Part shown: positions 50,077 to 61,567 of the stretch, one piece after another
How the letters are laid out: the number at the start of each line of letters is the position of its first letter
Position numbering within the stretch: the stretch's first letter is position 1
Assembly (NCBI GenBank): GCA_043825985.1
Contig: JBDRRB010000062.1
Span: 1,245 to 65,244, forward strand
DNA length: 64,000 nt
From: a bacterium
GTDB lineage: Bacteria > Patescibacteriota > Patescibacteriia > SG8-24
Reading direction: 5' to 3'
Notes under the pieces: model-generated
Seen by the model: the letters and a program-made list of their open reading frames with translations, nothing else
The model's database searches: none
Told to the model about the DNA's origin: nothing
Translations under genes and position numbers: made by a program

Positions 50077-52233
50077 TTAGTTCGATTTCGCGTCGCCAGC
50101 CGCCTCGTCGCCCGAACGGCTCCGGTTTAGTCCCGGCAGGTAGAATGCGCTCGACCGGAGCGGCCCCCAGCCGGAAACCAGCCTCAGCAGGGTGCGACTG
50201 ACGGTAATTGCCGAGAACATCGAGACCAGCACTCCGATGCCCAAAGTGAAGGCAAACCCCTTGATCAGGGACGAGCTGGTGTAGAACAGGATGAAGCACG
50301 AGATGAGCGTCGTCAGGTTGGAGTCGCGGATCGACAGCCAGGCCCGACGGAAACCTTCCTCCAGGGCCGACTGCAGTGTCCGGCCGCGATGCAGCTCTTC
50401 CTTGAGCCGCTCGAATATCAAGATGTTCGCGTCGACGGCCATACCGACCGACAGGATCAGACCGGCGATGCCGGACAGGGTCAGGGTGACCGGGATCAGC
50501 TTGTACAGCGCCAAGTTGACCGAGGTGTAGATGCCCAGGGCGATGACCGCGATCAGGCCGGGCAGTCGGTAGTAGAGCAGCATGAACAGCACCACCACCA
50601 GGAATCCGATCAGTCCGGCCTTCAGCGAGAAGTTCAGCGAGTCGTTGCCCAGCGTGGCGCCGACCGACTGCTGCGTCTCGAGATGTATCGGGACCGGCAG
50701 CGCACCGGCGTTCAGGCGCTGGGCCAGCAGCTTGGCCTCCTGGATCGAGAAGTTTCCGCTGATAACCGCCTCGCCGCCGGTGATCGCCTCGTTGACGGTC
50801 GGTATGCTGATCGCCTCCCCGTCTAGGAAGATGGCCACCGGCTGGCCGACGTTGCGGCTGGTGATGTCGCCGAAGAGCTGCTTGCCCTCGTCGTTGAACT
50901 CCAGCGCTACCTGCGGCTCGTTGGTCTGCGGCTGAAACTGCACGGTCGAGCGCTTCAGCTGCTTGCCCGAAAGCTGGGTGTTCTTCCAGTCATCGGCCGG
51001 CGGGACGTAGTCTGACTCGAGCCTCTTCCGGAGAAGGATCTGCCGGAGATGATACTCGCGCACGGTCCGCTCGTCGGTCTTGTATATAATATGGAAACCG
51101 AAATCGGTCTCGACCGGAGAGGCCGAGATGCTGCCCACGGCCAGCGACTGCACGGCATCCTCGAACGGCTTGACCATGATTCCGTTCTGGAACCAGCCCA
51201 GGTCGCCGCCATTGCTGGCGTTGGCCGCATCGGAAGAGTTCTCGGCCGCCAGCTGGGCGAAGTTGTCCGTCGTGACCTGTCCGGTCAGGTCGGTCGCCAG
51301 GGCCAGGGCCTCGTCCTTGGTCCGGCTGGAATCGCAGCCCGGCGCGCCCGAATAGCAGATCAGGATATGCGAGGCCTTCATCTCCTTGGCCCCGTCGCGC
51401 TGGCCCTCATATCGCACCACATGATAGCCGTCATAGTCCTCGACGACCCGGCCGAGCACCTGCCCTTCGGCGATGCCGTCGGCGGCCACCGCCTTGATCA
51501 GCTCGCCGTAGCGGCTGTTGTCCGCTGACCAGCCGATGTCACCGCCGCTGCTCCTGGTGTCCAGCTCATCCGAGTTCTCGGCCGCCAGCTGGGCGAAGTC
51601 GGCGCCGGCCAGGGCCTGCGCCAGCAGTCCGTCCGCCTTGGCCTTGGCCTCCGCGTTCTTGCTCTCGAGATCGGCCCGCTCATCGGCCGTCAGGTCGCGC
51701 GGCGGCTGGTCGTTCTGCTCCTTGAACTCGAGGATCGGCGTCTCGCCGATCAGCTTGATCGCCTCCGATATGTCCGACACACCGGCCAGGTCCACGATCA
51801 GGCGCCACTCCTCGCCCGACTTGTTGGTCTGAACCAGCGGCTCCGACACGCCGAACGAGTTTACGCGCCGCTCGATGACGTCCCGCACGCCGGCGATGGA
51901 GCTGTCCTGCTCCGCTGCCGGAATGCTGCTCATGTCGGCGACGTAGACGAGATGTGTCCCTCCCTGCAGGTCCAGGCCGAGGACGAAAGGCAGATCCCAG
52001 AACATCGGGATCTTAAGATTGAAGCCTAACCGCTGCTCGGACCAGTCGTTGATTCGGCTGGCGGACGAGTTCCACCAGTTCGGATAGCTCATGGTTCCGG
52101 CCAGAAGCAACAGAACGACGATCAGCCCGGTCGCCCGCCGGACCCGGCCCCGCGGAGTGGTCGGAAGGACCAACGACGTCAGAGCCTTACCGATCCCGCC
52201 CAGCGCGCCACGAACTCCATTGAGATGATTCAT
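50077..52233 (-). CDS. secD: Protein translocase subunit SecD with inserted parvulin PPIase domains
   Basis: LGLDLQGG, RRVNSFGVSEP, LNAGALP, GMAVDANILIFER; insert with SHILI, FAQLAAENS twice, GGD(I/L)GW twice, FGFHII. Confidence 0.93.
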   Translation of the reverse strand: MNHLNGVRGALGGIGKALTSLVLPTTPRGRVRRATGLIVVLLLLAGTMSYPNWWNSSASRINDWSEQRLGFNLKIPMFWDLPFVLGLDLQGGTHLVYVADMSSIPAAEQDSSIAGVRDVIERRVNSFGVSEPLVQTNKSGEEWRLIVDLAGVSDISEAIKLIGETPILEFKEQNDQPPRDLTADERADLESKNAEAKAKADGLLAQALAGADFAQLAAENSDELDTRSSGGDIGWSADNSRYGELIKAVAADGIAEGQVLGRVVEDYDGYHVVRYEGQRDGAKEMKASHILICYSGAPGCDSSRTKDEALALATDLTGQVTTDNFAQLAAENSSDAANASNGGDLGWFQNGIMVKPFEDAVQSLAVGSISASPVETDFGFHIIYKTDERTVREYHLRQILLRKRLESDYVPPADDWKNTQLSGKQLKRSTVQFQPQTNEPQVALEFNDEGKQLFGDITSRNVGQPVAIFLDGEAISIPTVNEAITGGEAVISGNFSIQEAKLLAQRLNAGALPVPIHLETQQSVGATLGNDSLNFSLKAGLIGFLVVVLFMLLYYRLPGLIAVIALGIYTSVNLALYKLIPVTLTLSGIAGLILSVGMAVDANILIFERLKEELHRGRTLQSALEEGFRRAWLSIRDSNLTTLISCFILFYTSSSLIKGFAFTLGIGVLVSMFSAITVSRTLLRLVSGWGPLRSSAFYLPGLNRSRSGDEAAGDAKSN

Positions 52234-52319
52234 AATGATATGTATGAGGAAACCCCCGGAAAAAACGAGCGCTACGGGAAGTCCCGTACGCTGCGGTTAT
52301 TCACATCTAGCTGCCAACC

Positions 52320-52348
52320 ATCCTAGTTAAAACCGCATCTTTTGGCAA
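52320..52348 (-). promoter_or_regulatory. Putative secDF promoter
   Basis: Minus strand TTGCCA-17 bp-TAGGAT. Confidence 0.55.
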
Positions 52349-52429
52349 CAGGACGGACATCGCCCGGACAGCCAAAGGACGGGCCGCGAAAGCCCGCCCC
52401 AGCCGATTTGCTTCATTGGGTCGGACCGA

Positions 52430-52873
52430 TCAGGCCGGCTGGACGAACGGCGCGAAAGTCCGCTCCGGATGCGGTTCCGCCCGCTGCACCTTGGCCGCCT
52501 CGGATTCGGCTGCCGACACCGTCGTGTCATCCTTCTTGAAGCGAACGGTGAACTGCGGCACGTAGCGCGTGTCCTCGTCGACTATCTCCACGGTCTTTCC
52601 CTCGACGTACATGTTGAGCGCCAAGTCGGACAGCAGCTCGGTGTCCGCGGCGATCTCGTCCTTCAGGACCTCCATCCGGTCCACCTCCGACGAGCACGAC
52701 AGCTTGACGGTGCTCTCGATCGACTTCTGGCGCTCCTTGAGCGTCTTCAGCTCCTCGACCACCTGCTGATACTCGGGATTCTGGGCCAGCTCGTCCTTGA
52801 CGATGCGGTTCAGGTCACGGCGCTCCTTCTTCTTTTCCTTGATGCGACGGTGAACTTCGTTGATGTCCCACAT
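52430..52873 (-). CDS. Hypothetical coiled-coil protein
   Basis: 147 aa, charged and helical; C-terminal YVPQFTVRFKK. Confidence 0.75.
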   Translation of the reverse strand: MWDINEVHRRIKEKKKERRDLNRIVKDELAQNPEYQQVVEELKTLKERQKSIESTVKLSCSSEVDRMEVLKDEIAADTELLSDLALNMYVEGKTVEIVDEDTRYVPQFTVRFKKDDTTVSAAESEAAKVQRAEPHPERTFAPFVQPA

Positions 52874-52957
52874 ATTGGTCTGGTTACGTAAGGAAGACGC
52901 GTTTGATGGTACCAGCTGACGGCCGCCCTGTCATCCCCAACGGAAGCGTCCGAACGG

Positions 52958-53377
52958 TCACTCGCGGCCGACCCGCTCCAGGTCGCCGTCGATCACGACC
53001 GGCCGGAAGGCCTCGATCTCGGTCCGATAGTGGGGCATGTCGGGAATCGGGTTGAGCAAAAAGATCCGCTGGTCCAGCACGTGGGCGAAACCCATCTCGA
53101 GGAAAGTGTTGCCGCCGATGTAGTTGCCGATGCCATGCTTGTCGAGATTCATCACCAGTACGGCGTCTCCGCCCTGCATCAGGCGCCAGAACTCGCGGAT
53201 GGCGTCCTGGTTGTTCTTCTGCTCGATCTTGATCCGTTCCTTCTCCTCGTCGTCCTTCCCGACGAACGGATCGGCTAGGCCGGTCAGGTAGGCGTCGTGT
53301 CCGAGCTCGATCAGCCGGTCCCTGGTCTCGATCATCCTTTCCGTGAAGTGCATGCTGCCGATGATTCCGATGCGCAT
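52958..53377 (-). CDS. Nucleoside 2-deoxyribosyltransferase-like protein
   Basis: IIGSM, DAVLVMN, YIGGNTFLEMGFA, IFLLNP. Confidence 0.7.
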   Translation of the reverse strand: MRIGIIGSMHFTERMIETRDRLIELGHDAYLTGLADPFVGKDDEEKERIKIEQKNNQDAIREFWRLMQGGDAVLVMNLDKHGIGNYIGGNTFLEMGFAHVLDQRIFLLNPIPDMPHYRTEIEAFRPVVIDGDLERVGRE

Positions 53378-53395
53378 ATCTTCAGTGCTTAAGAG

Positions 53396-53878
53396 CTAGG
53401 CTGCCGCTTGGTATTCGTAGGACTTTTGCAGATATTCCTCGGCCGAAAAGGACGCGCTGCCGCCGTCCGGGGTGCGCAGGACGAACTCGGCCACGCCCAC
53501 GTCACGCATCATCTTGGTGCAGACGGTGCAGTAGAGCCGGATCTCCCCGTCCTGGGAACGCGGCCGACCGTCGGGCAGCAGGCCGACCATGTACATGACC
53601 GAGCCGCGCAGCTTGCCAGGATGATGGGCCAATGCATCCATGACTGCCCGCTGCTCGGCGTGCACGCAGCAGGTCTTGTCCGTCACCTTGGGGTCGTAGG
53701 ACGACTTGCGTCGGTCGCAGCGCCGTTCCCGTTCGTCATTGTCCGGCGGCGAGTTGAAGCCCCGACCGACGATCTCACTGCCGCTCACGAGCACTGCCCC
53801 ACACCACGCCCGCGTGCAGGTTGCCTGACGGGCTGCCCGCTCCGCTTCTTCAAGCCATCTGTTCGTTTCGTTTTCCAT
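53396..53878 (-). CDS. dCMP deaminase-like Zn-dependent deaminase
   Basis: ATC....GAVLV, GFN, CVHAEQRA, CTVC. Confidence 0.85.
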   Translation of the reverse strand: MENETNRWLEEAERAARQATCTRAWCGAVLVSGSEIVGRGFNSPPDNDERERRCDRRKSSYDPKVTDKTCCVHAEQRAVMDALAHHPGKLRGSVMYMVGLLPDGRPRSQDGEIRLYCTVCTKMMRDVGVAEFVLRTPDGGSASFSAEEYLQKSYEYQAAA

Positions 53879-53881
53879 AAG

Positions 53882-54289
53882 TCAAGACTTGCCTAAGACT
53901 ATTCGCTCATAGGCCTGTTCCGCCGCCGCCCGACTGATACCAAAACGGCCCAGCTGCTTGATCACCTTCTCCAGCTTGGTGCAGTTACCGCAAAAACGCG
54001 AACTGTCTTCCGGCAGCCCGACCGCCACGTAGAGCTGCCGCCAGATCTTGAGCCTGCCCATGAACTTGTCGGTCGACTCGCTGGTCGACGGCCACAGTTC
54101 CCCGTCGAGGCCAAATCTCCAGAACAGCCACAGCTGAATGAAATGAAGCACGTCGCCCCATTCCTCCCGCATGCCGACCCGGTTCCAGTGCAGCATCTCG
54201 ACTAGCCACTCGACAAACTCGGCCCAGATATGTCGGAACCTTATCCGATCGTTCGAGGTCCATTCCAAAATGTATTGGCTGATCTTCAT
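53882..54289 (-). CDS. MazG-like NTP pyrophosphatase
   Basis: ExxE (EFVE) ... EExxD (EEWGD) spacing. Confidence 0.55.
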   Translation of the reverse strand: MKISQYILEWTSNDRIRFRHIWAEFVEWLVEMLHWNRVGMREEWGDVLHFIQLWLFWRFGLDGELWPSTSESTDKFMGRLKIWRQLYVAVGLPEDSSRFCGNCTKLEKVIKQLGRFGISRAAAEQAYERIVLGKS

Positions 54290-54364
54290 GTCGAAATATG
54301 AATTTATATTTCTTTTCCGGCATTAAACCATCTTTCGAACCAATTTTCTACCGTCCCGACCAAT

Positions 54365-54395
54365 AAAAAAGACAAGGCGAAATAATGCGCTTGTC
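54365..54395 (-). terminator. Possible internal terminator
   Basis: Minus strand GACAAG..CTTGTC followed by TTTTTT. Confidence 0.5.
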
Positions 54396-54430
54396 ATTAC
54401 GTCGAGGGCCGGCCAGATGCATCCGGAGCA

Positions 54431-55003
54431 TCACTTTTGTCCCTTTCCGGCCTCCTCTGGCATTAGTTCGTGATAGTGCTCCGGATTCTCCAGCTGGATC
54501 AGGGCCATCACTACCGCCTGCCGGTTGTATTCGGTCCGGTCCATCCGACCGTGAGTCAGGATCGCGATGCCGCCGCCGGTCGTACCGATCTTGTCGTGTT
54601 TGGTCAGGCCGACCCTCTTCAATGCCTGACTGCCATCCAGCTTGCCACTGACGATCAGCCTAGTCACCTCTGACGGCCACTCGTGACCCGGCGAAAACCC
54701 CCAGGCAAAATCCTGACCGTCGAAAATAACGCAGGCACAGACCTCGACAAAACCGGTCGTCGTCCCCGGAGCCTCCATCAGGCCGCCCTCCAGACCAACT
54801 CCCAGGTCGCAGCCAACGAGTGCCTGCCGGGCCCGTTCCTTGGCTCCGGCCATGACCGCCGGCAGGCCAACCGGATGCCCGAACTCTTCAACCTTCACCT
54901 CACAAGCGACAATTACTGCGTCCGCAAAGAACTTGCTTGCCCCGAACGCCCGGGCAACGGCCGTCGTCTTGGTCTCGTTGTGAGAACCGACACCAACTTT
55001 CAT
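54431..55003 (-). CDS. YjjX/DUF84 inosine/xanthosine triphosphatase
   Basis: VGSHN..K..AV, GAKERA, GVGLEGG, GGIAILTHGRMDR. Confidence 0.88.
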   Translation of the reverse strand: MKVGVGSHNETKTTAVARAFGASKFFADAVIVACEVKVEEFGHPVGLPAVMAGAKERARQALVGCDLGVGLEGGLMEAPGTTTGFVEVCACVIFDGQDFAWGFSPGHEWPSEVTRLIVSGKLDGSQALKRVGLTKHDKIGTTGGGIAILTHGRMDRTEYNRQAVVMALIQLENPEHYHELMPEEAGKGQK

Positions 55004-55015
55004 ATCGACCTCCAG

Positions 55016-55447
55016 TTACCTTTTTAGCTCAACGATGTCCCTAACTGCAACCCAGGCTGACATCAACCCATATCCGGCCTTGTCGACCTCGAACGGTTCG
55101 ACCGGCTCGGGACGTTCCAGCCAGATCAGAATGCAGTAACGCTTGTCCTTCACCCAGGACAGAAAATCGGTCCGACCCTCGACCGTTATGCCAATCGCCG
55201 GACCGTAAAGATTCACCAGATCCTCGACCTTCTCCGGCGTCAGGTCGGCGAACTGCCTGACCTGCTTGACCCGGGCCCGCACCGTGACCGACTCGCCGGA
55301 ATTCTTGAGCCAGACCGTGTCATCGACCGCGATCCGATCCCACGGTGCCCGCCGGGTCTGATACCAGCGCGATTCGATCGTCTTCTCGCCCGAAAGAATC
55401 TTGGGCAGCAGGCCCAACGACTTTTTCATTATCGCCAGGTGTTGCAT
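55016..55447 (-). CDS. ASCH-domain protein
   Basis: H..IM..., ILSGEKTIESR (GxKxxExR). Confidence 0.85.
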   Translation of the reverse strand: MQHLAIMKKSLGLLPKILSGEKTIESRWYQTRRAPWDRIAVDDTVWLKNSGESVTVRARVKQVRQFADLTPEKVEDLVNLYGPAIGITVEGRTDFLSWVKDKRYCILIWLERPEPVEPFEVDKAGYGLMSAWVAVRDIVELKR

Positions 55448-55968
55448 GGTGCTGGTGCAGCTCGAAAGAGACTGACAGTCTGCTCGACTTCCTCCGGAAT
55501 GCCCTGGATGCAGTCGAGCTCTCGAACTTCAGCGGCATCGGCCCAGACGAAACCGGAGAACGATCCTTCCTCCAGCCTCACCTCCCCACCCCGGTAACGT
55601 GCGGCGAACTTAATCAGGACAGTCGGCACGCCGTCCGGCCGAACGTAGGCCACGCTGTTAACGTACTTCGGCTCCGGCTCGATCTTAACCCCGGCCTCTT
55701 CCCGCACCTCGCGGACCAGCAGCTCCTCGACCGCGTTCTCGTAGTCGAGTACCTCCCCGTTGATGCGGGTCGGTCGCTCCAAGTCGAGCTGGCTCCACTC
55801 CAGCTTGCCGCCCGGTACGCAGTACTTGCCCGGATGGACCTTCTCCACCTCGCTGCGCCGGAGCAGCAGGCACCGCCCGTCGGTCTCGCGGTAGACCACG
55901 ACGTTGGCCACGAAGTAGAACAGCTTGTCCGACTTGGCTTTCTCCAAAGAGATCTTTTCGGCCGGCAT
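55429..55968 (-). CDS. NUDIX hydrolase
   Basis: LLLRRS..E..HPG, VPGGKLE, REVREEAG. Confidence 0.88.
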   Translation of the reverse strand: MPAEKISLEKAKSDKLFYFVANVVVYRETDGRCLLLRRSEVEKVHPGKYCVPGGKLEWSQLDLERPTRINGEVLDYENAVEELLVREVREEAGVKIEPEPKYVNSVAYVRPDGVPTVLIKFAARYRGGEVRLEEGSFSGFVWADAAEVRELDCIQGIPEEVEQTVSLFRAAPAPCNTWR

Positions 55969-55995
55969 AAAGGATAGCTCAAGGAGGGCAATCAG

Positions 55996-56217
55996 TTACT
56001 GACTCAGGAAATCAAACCGAGGAACCTTCCGGCCGTCGACTTCGACTTCCTCGAAAAACATCTCCAGCGGCCGGACCCAGATCTGCCCGTCGCCGTACAG
56101 GGCCCGATACACCACCATCTCCTCCAGGGTCTCGCTGTGCCGGGCCACACCAACCACTTCGTACTCGTGGCCTTTGTAGTGACGGTACCTCCCCGACTTC
56201 AGAGAACTACTTTTCAT
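55996..56217 (-). CDS. DUF1653-family protein
   Basis: GRYRHYKG..YEV, HSETLE.MVVYRALYG, WVRP..MF. Confidence 0.92.
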   Translation of the reverse strand: MKSSSLKSGRYRHYKGHEYEVVGVARHSETLEEMVVYRALYGDGQIWVRPLEMFFEEVEVDGRKVPRFDFLSQ

Positions 56218-56245
56218 GATGCGTTTCTCTAGATCTCGACTGAAT

Positions 56246-56632
56246 CTAAACCATCAAATCTTTAATCCGGCAGCTTTTTGGTATTCCGCCACGCAAGACG
56301 ATCACCCGAATTTCATCCCCATAAAAACTTATCAACTCCTGGCAGGTCCGGCATGGAGAGATGACGGTCGGAGTGGGAACGTCACGATTCTGAACGGCAA
56401 CTATCGAATCAAACCCCCGCTCACCGTTCGTTACTGCCGCACCCATGGCTACATGTTCTGCACAGACATCAACTCTTTGAGATTCGAGATGAACGCCGAC
56501 ATAGATCTTTCCAGATTTAGCGCGGACAGCAGCTCCGACATGATGTTTTCCATACAAAAAATTCTTCTTTATGACTGCAGTTGCGGCCTCAACTAATTCA
56601 TGATCTTCCGTCGTGACCTCGGTACATTCCAT
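56246..56632 (-). CDS. Cytidine deaminase (tetrameric/blasticidin-S deaminase-like)
   Basis: HHVGAAV, VCAE, SPCRTCQE. Confidence 0.88.
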   Translation of the reverse strand: MECTEVTTEDHELVEAATAVIKKNFLYGKHHVGAAVRAKSGKIYVGVHLESQRVDVCAEHVAMGAAVTNGERGFDSIVAVQNRDVPTPTVISPCRTCQELISFYGDEIRVIVLRGGIPKSCRIKDLMV

Positions 56633-56668
56633 GGTTCCTGATTCTCATGGCACTTCTTGCCTCTCTTT

Positions 56669-57241
56669 CTACTTGGCGGGAATTCCGAACTTCTTTTCCA
56701 GTAATAGATATGGATACCCGACGAAGTCTTGTTCTAGGATTTGACAGCCTGTTTTTTCCACGAATTCTCTCATTTCTTCGGCCACCTTCTTGGTGTCTGA
56801 CACGTTTTCGTCGCCCTTATATTCCACCTCTACATAGTCACCCAACCCCTCGACACAATCCAGCGCAATCTCGTAGTCCTTGAACATGAAAGTCCTTCTT
56901 TCCTTGTCGACTACGATGAGCGATTCGAAATCAAGCGCTCTAAGGATATTTTTCAGCCCAACGGGATTATCGAGCCCCACCTCATACTCATCGCAATGAT
57001 AGGCCCTGCCGTCATCCGCATAATGCCAATTCTTGTAGTCCAATGAACACCTTCCTTCTTCCTCCCTTAATCGAAGCCATTCTTTTACGGGCTCTTCTTT
57101 GACGAAATTCCTGTTGGCCGGAGTGAAATATTCGTCTCTTTGGTGCTTTTCGGACTTCAAACTTCCATTCTCTTCCAAAAATCTCAACAATGGCTCGCTA
57201 TCTTTAGCTCGTATCTTGATTTCGATCTCCCTGTTCGTCAT
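56669..57241 (-). CDS. CYTH-domain triphosphate tunnel metalloenzyme (class IV adenylate cyclase family)
   Basis: EIEIK (ExExK), QRDEYF, LRLR, KERR, LD.VEGLG.YVEVE, GY. Confidence 0.9.
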   Translation of the reverse strand: MTNREIEIKIRAKDSEPLLRFLEENGSLKSEKHQRDEYFTPANRNFVKEEPVKEWLRLREEEGRCSLDYKNWHYADDGRAYHCDEYEVGLDNPVGLKNILRALDFESLIVVDKERRTFMFKDYEIALDCVEGLGDYVEVEYKGDENVSDTKKVAEEMREFVEKTGCQILEQDFVGYPYLLLEKKFGIPAK

Positions 57242-57315
57242 ATGGATTTCTCGCGCCTCGAGCCGCTATCACTCCAGCCAAAAAATGCCGACAAATTACG
57301 CTCGGACAGCCAAAA

Positions 57316-60120
<2,805 letters not shown>

Positions 60121-60256
60121 GGTAAACCCGTTAGATTGACGGCCTCAATATATACTCGCCGCAGCGAACCGTCCACTGTCCGGCCTCCGGCCCGACCGGA
60201 TAAAGAAGGCAGCGGTATGATCCGCTGCCTAGCCAGTATGACGGACTTTCCGGCCG

Positions 60257-60565
60257 TCAGCCGATCTTTTCCTTGTGCTCGATGATCTGCCGCCGGGCCC
60301 GGTCGCGCGCCTCGCGGATGGCGACGTACAGGTCCTCGGCTTCGGCCTCGGCGTAGATCGACTTGCCGGGCAGCACGATCCGCACCTCCGCCCGGAAGAA
60401 CGGACCCTTGTTGTGGTGTCCAGTCGTCTTGCCGACCTCCACCTCGACCTCCACCGACTCGCCGAAGCGCTCCAGCTCCGACTCCAGCTTGGTCAGGCGC
60501 TCCTCGACGGACGACCTGATGGCTTCGGTCAGGTCGATGGCCTTGGTCTTTATGTCGATATGCAT
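60257..60565 (-). CDS. raiA: Ribosome hibernation factor HPF/RaiA
   Basis: I..K.IDLT.AI, AE..AEDLY.AI. Confidence 0.88.
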   Translation of the reverse strand: MHIDIKTKAIDLTEAIRSSVEERLTKLESELERFGESVEVEVEVGKTTGHHNKGPFFRAEVRIVLPGKSIYAEAEAEDLYVAIREARDRARRQIIEHKEKIG

Positions 60566-60601
60566 AACGTGAGTCGTTAGCGTTCGTTAGTTATTGCGAG
60601 G

Positions 60602-61567
60602 CTAAAGGTTGCAGCGGCGGAAGAGCTCCTCCAGAGAGGAGGACGGGATGTACGACGTCCCGCCCGACTGCCGCTCGTTCTTGCGCGGATACATGACCGA
60701 CTGCGGATCGTCGTCGTGTCCCAGGCCGAGGGCATGCCCCAGCTCGTGGGTCAGCAGCATGACCAGGTCCTCGCGGTCGTCGAACTGATAGACGTTGATC
60801 GTCCCCGACCCGTAAACGCCCTGCTCGTCGTTGCTCTCGTCGACGGCGAACGCCTCGTTGAAGCGGCTGACTCCGGTGTTGAACGAGCTGACCCGGTCCT
60901 GCTCGCGGCCGGCCAGCCCGTTGAGCCGGTCGGCCAGTCGGTTCTGCTCCTCGACCAGCGCGTCCAGCTCCCCGACGAACTGGTCGAGCCGCTCCTGCTC
61001 GCGCCGCAGCTCGTCGTAGGTGTCGCGCGGCGCACCGCCGCGGGCGTTCCAGGCCCGGACCGTCAGCTCGAACAGCCTCAGCCGTTCCTCGTAGTCCGCC
61101 TTCAGCCCGGCGATCGTCCACGCCCGCTCGTCGTAGGCCGCCTTGAGCTGCTGATACTCGTTGGTGATTGTTCCCAGCTCCGACTCCAGCCGCTGACGCT
61201 CCTCCCTCAGCCGATCGAGTTCCTGCGTCGCGAGCTGCCGGTCGTCGAACACCAGGTTGACCGCCACGGCGCTGCTGTCGGACTGGTCCTCGCGAAACAG
61301 TTCCTGCCCGGTCGACTCCTCCCAGCGAGACTCGGCCTCGTGCAGCGCGTCGGCCAGCTCCTGCCGGGAGATTCCGAACCGCTCGTCGAAGTGCCCGACC
61401 CGATACTCGACCGGCAGCCCGCAGACGTTGCCGTCGAACCACCACCAGACCGCGCCGACCGCGACCGCCGCCAGGGCCACCCAGCGCCAGCGCGCCGCGA
61501 CCGACCTGACCAGCGCGAAGCGGCCGGGCGATGCGCTGCGGACGGGCTGCAGTTCAGAATCCGACAT
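60602..61567 (-). CDS. Membrane-anchored matrixin (M10) metalloprotease with a coiled-coil insert
   Basis: HELGHALGLGH, Met-turn SVMYP, N-terminal TM. Confidence 0.88.
   Translation of the reverse strand: MSDSELQPVRSASPGRFALVRSVAARWRWVALAAVAVGAVWWWFDGNVCGLPVEYRVGHFDERFGISRQELADALHEAESRWEESTGQELFREDQSDSSAVAVNLVFDDRQLATQELDRLREERQRLESELGTITNEYQQLKAAYDERAWTIAGLKADYEERLRLFELTVRAWNARGGAPRDTYDELRREQERLDQFVGELDALVEEQNRLADRLNGLAGREQDRVSSFNTGVSRFNEAFAVDESNDEQGVYGSGTINVYQFDDREDLVMLLTHELGHALGLGHDDDPQSVMYPRKNERQSGGTSYIPSSSLEELFRRCNL

Noticed and set aside
52958-57241. Integron cassette array
   Set aside because: Spacers are short or overlapping, with no attC-like repeats and no integrase
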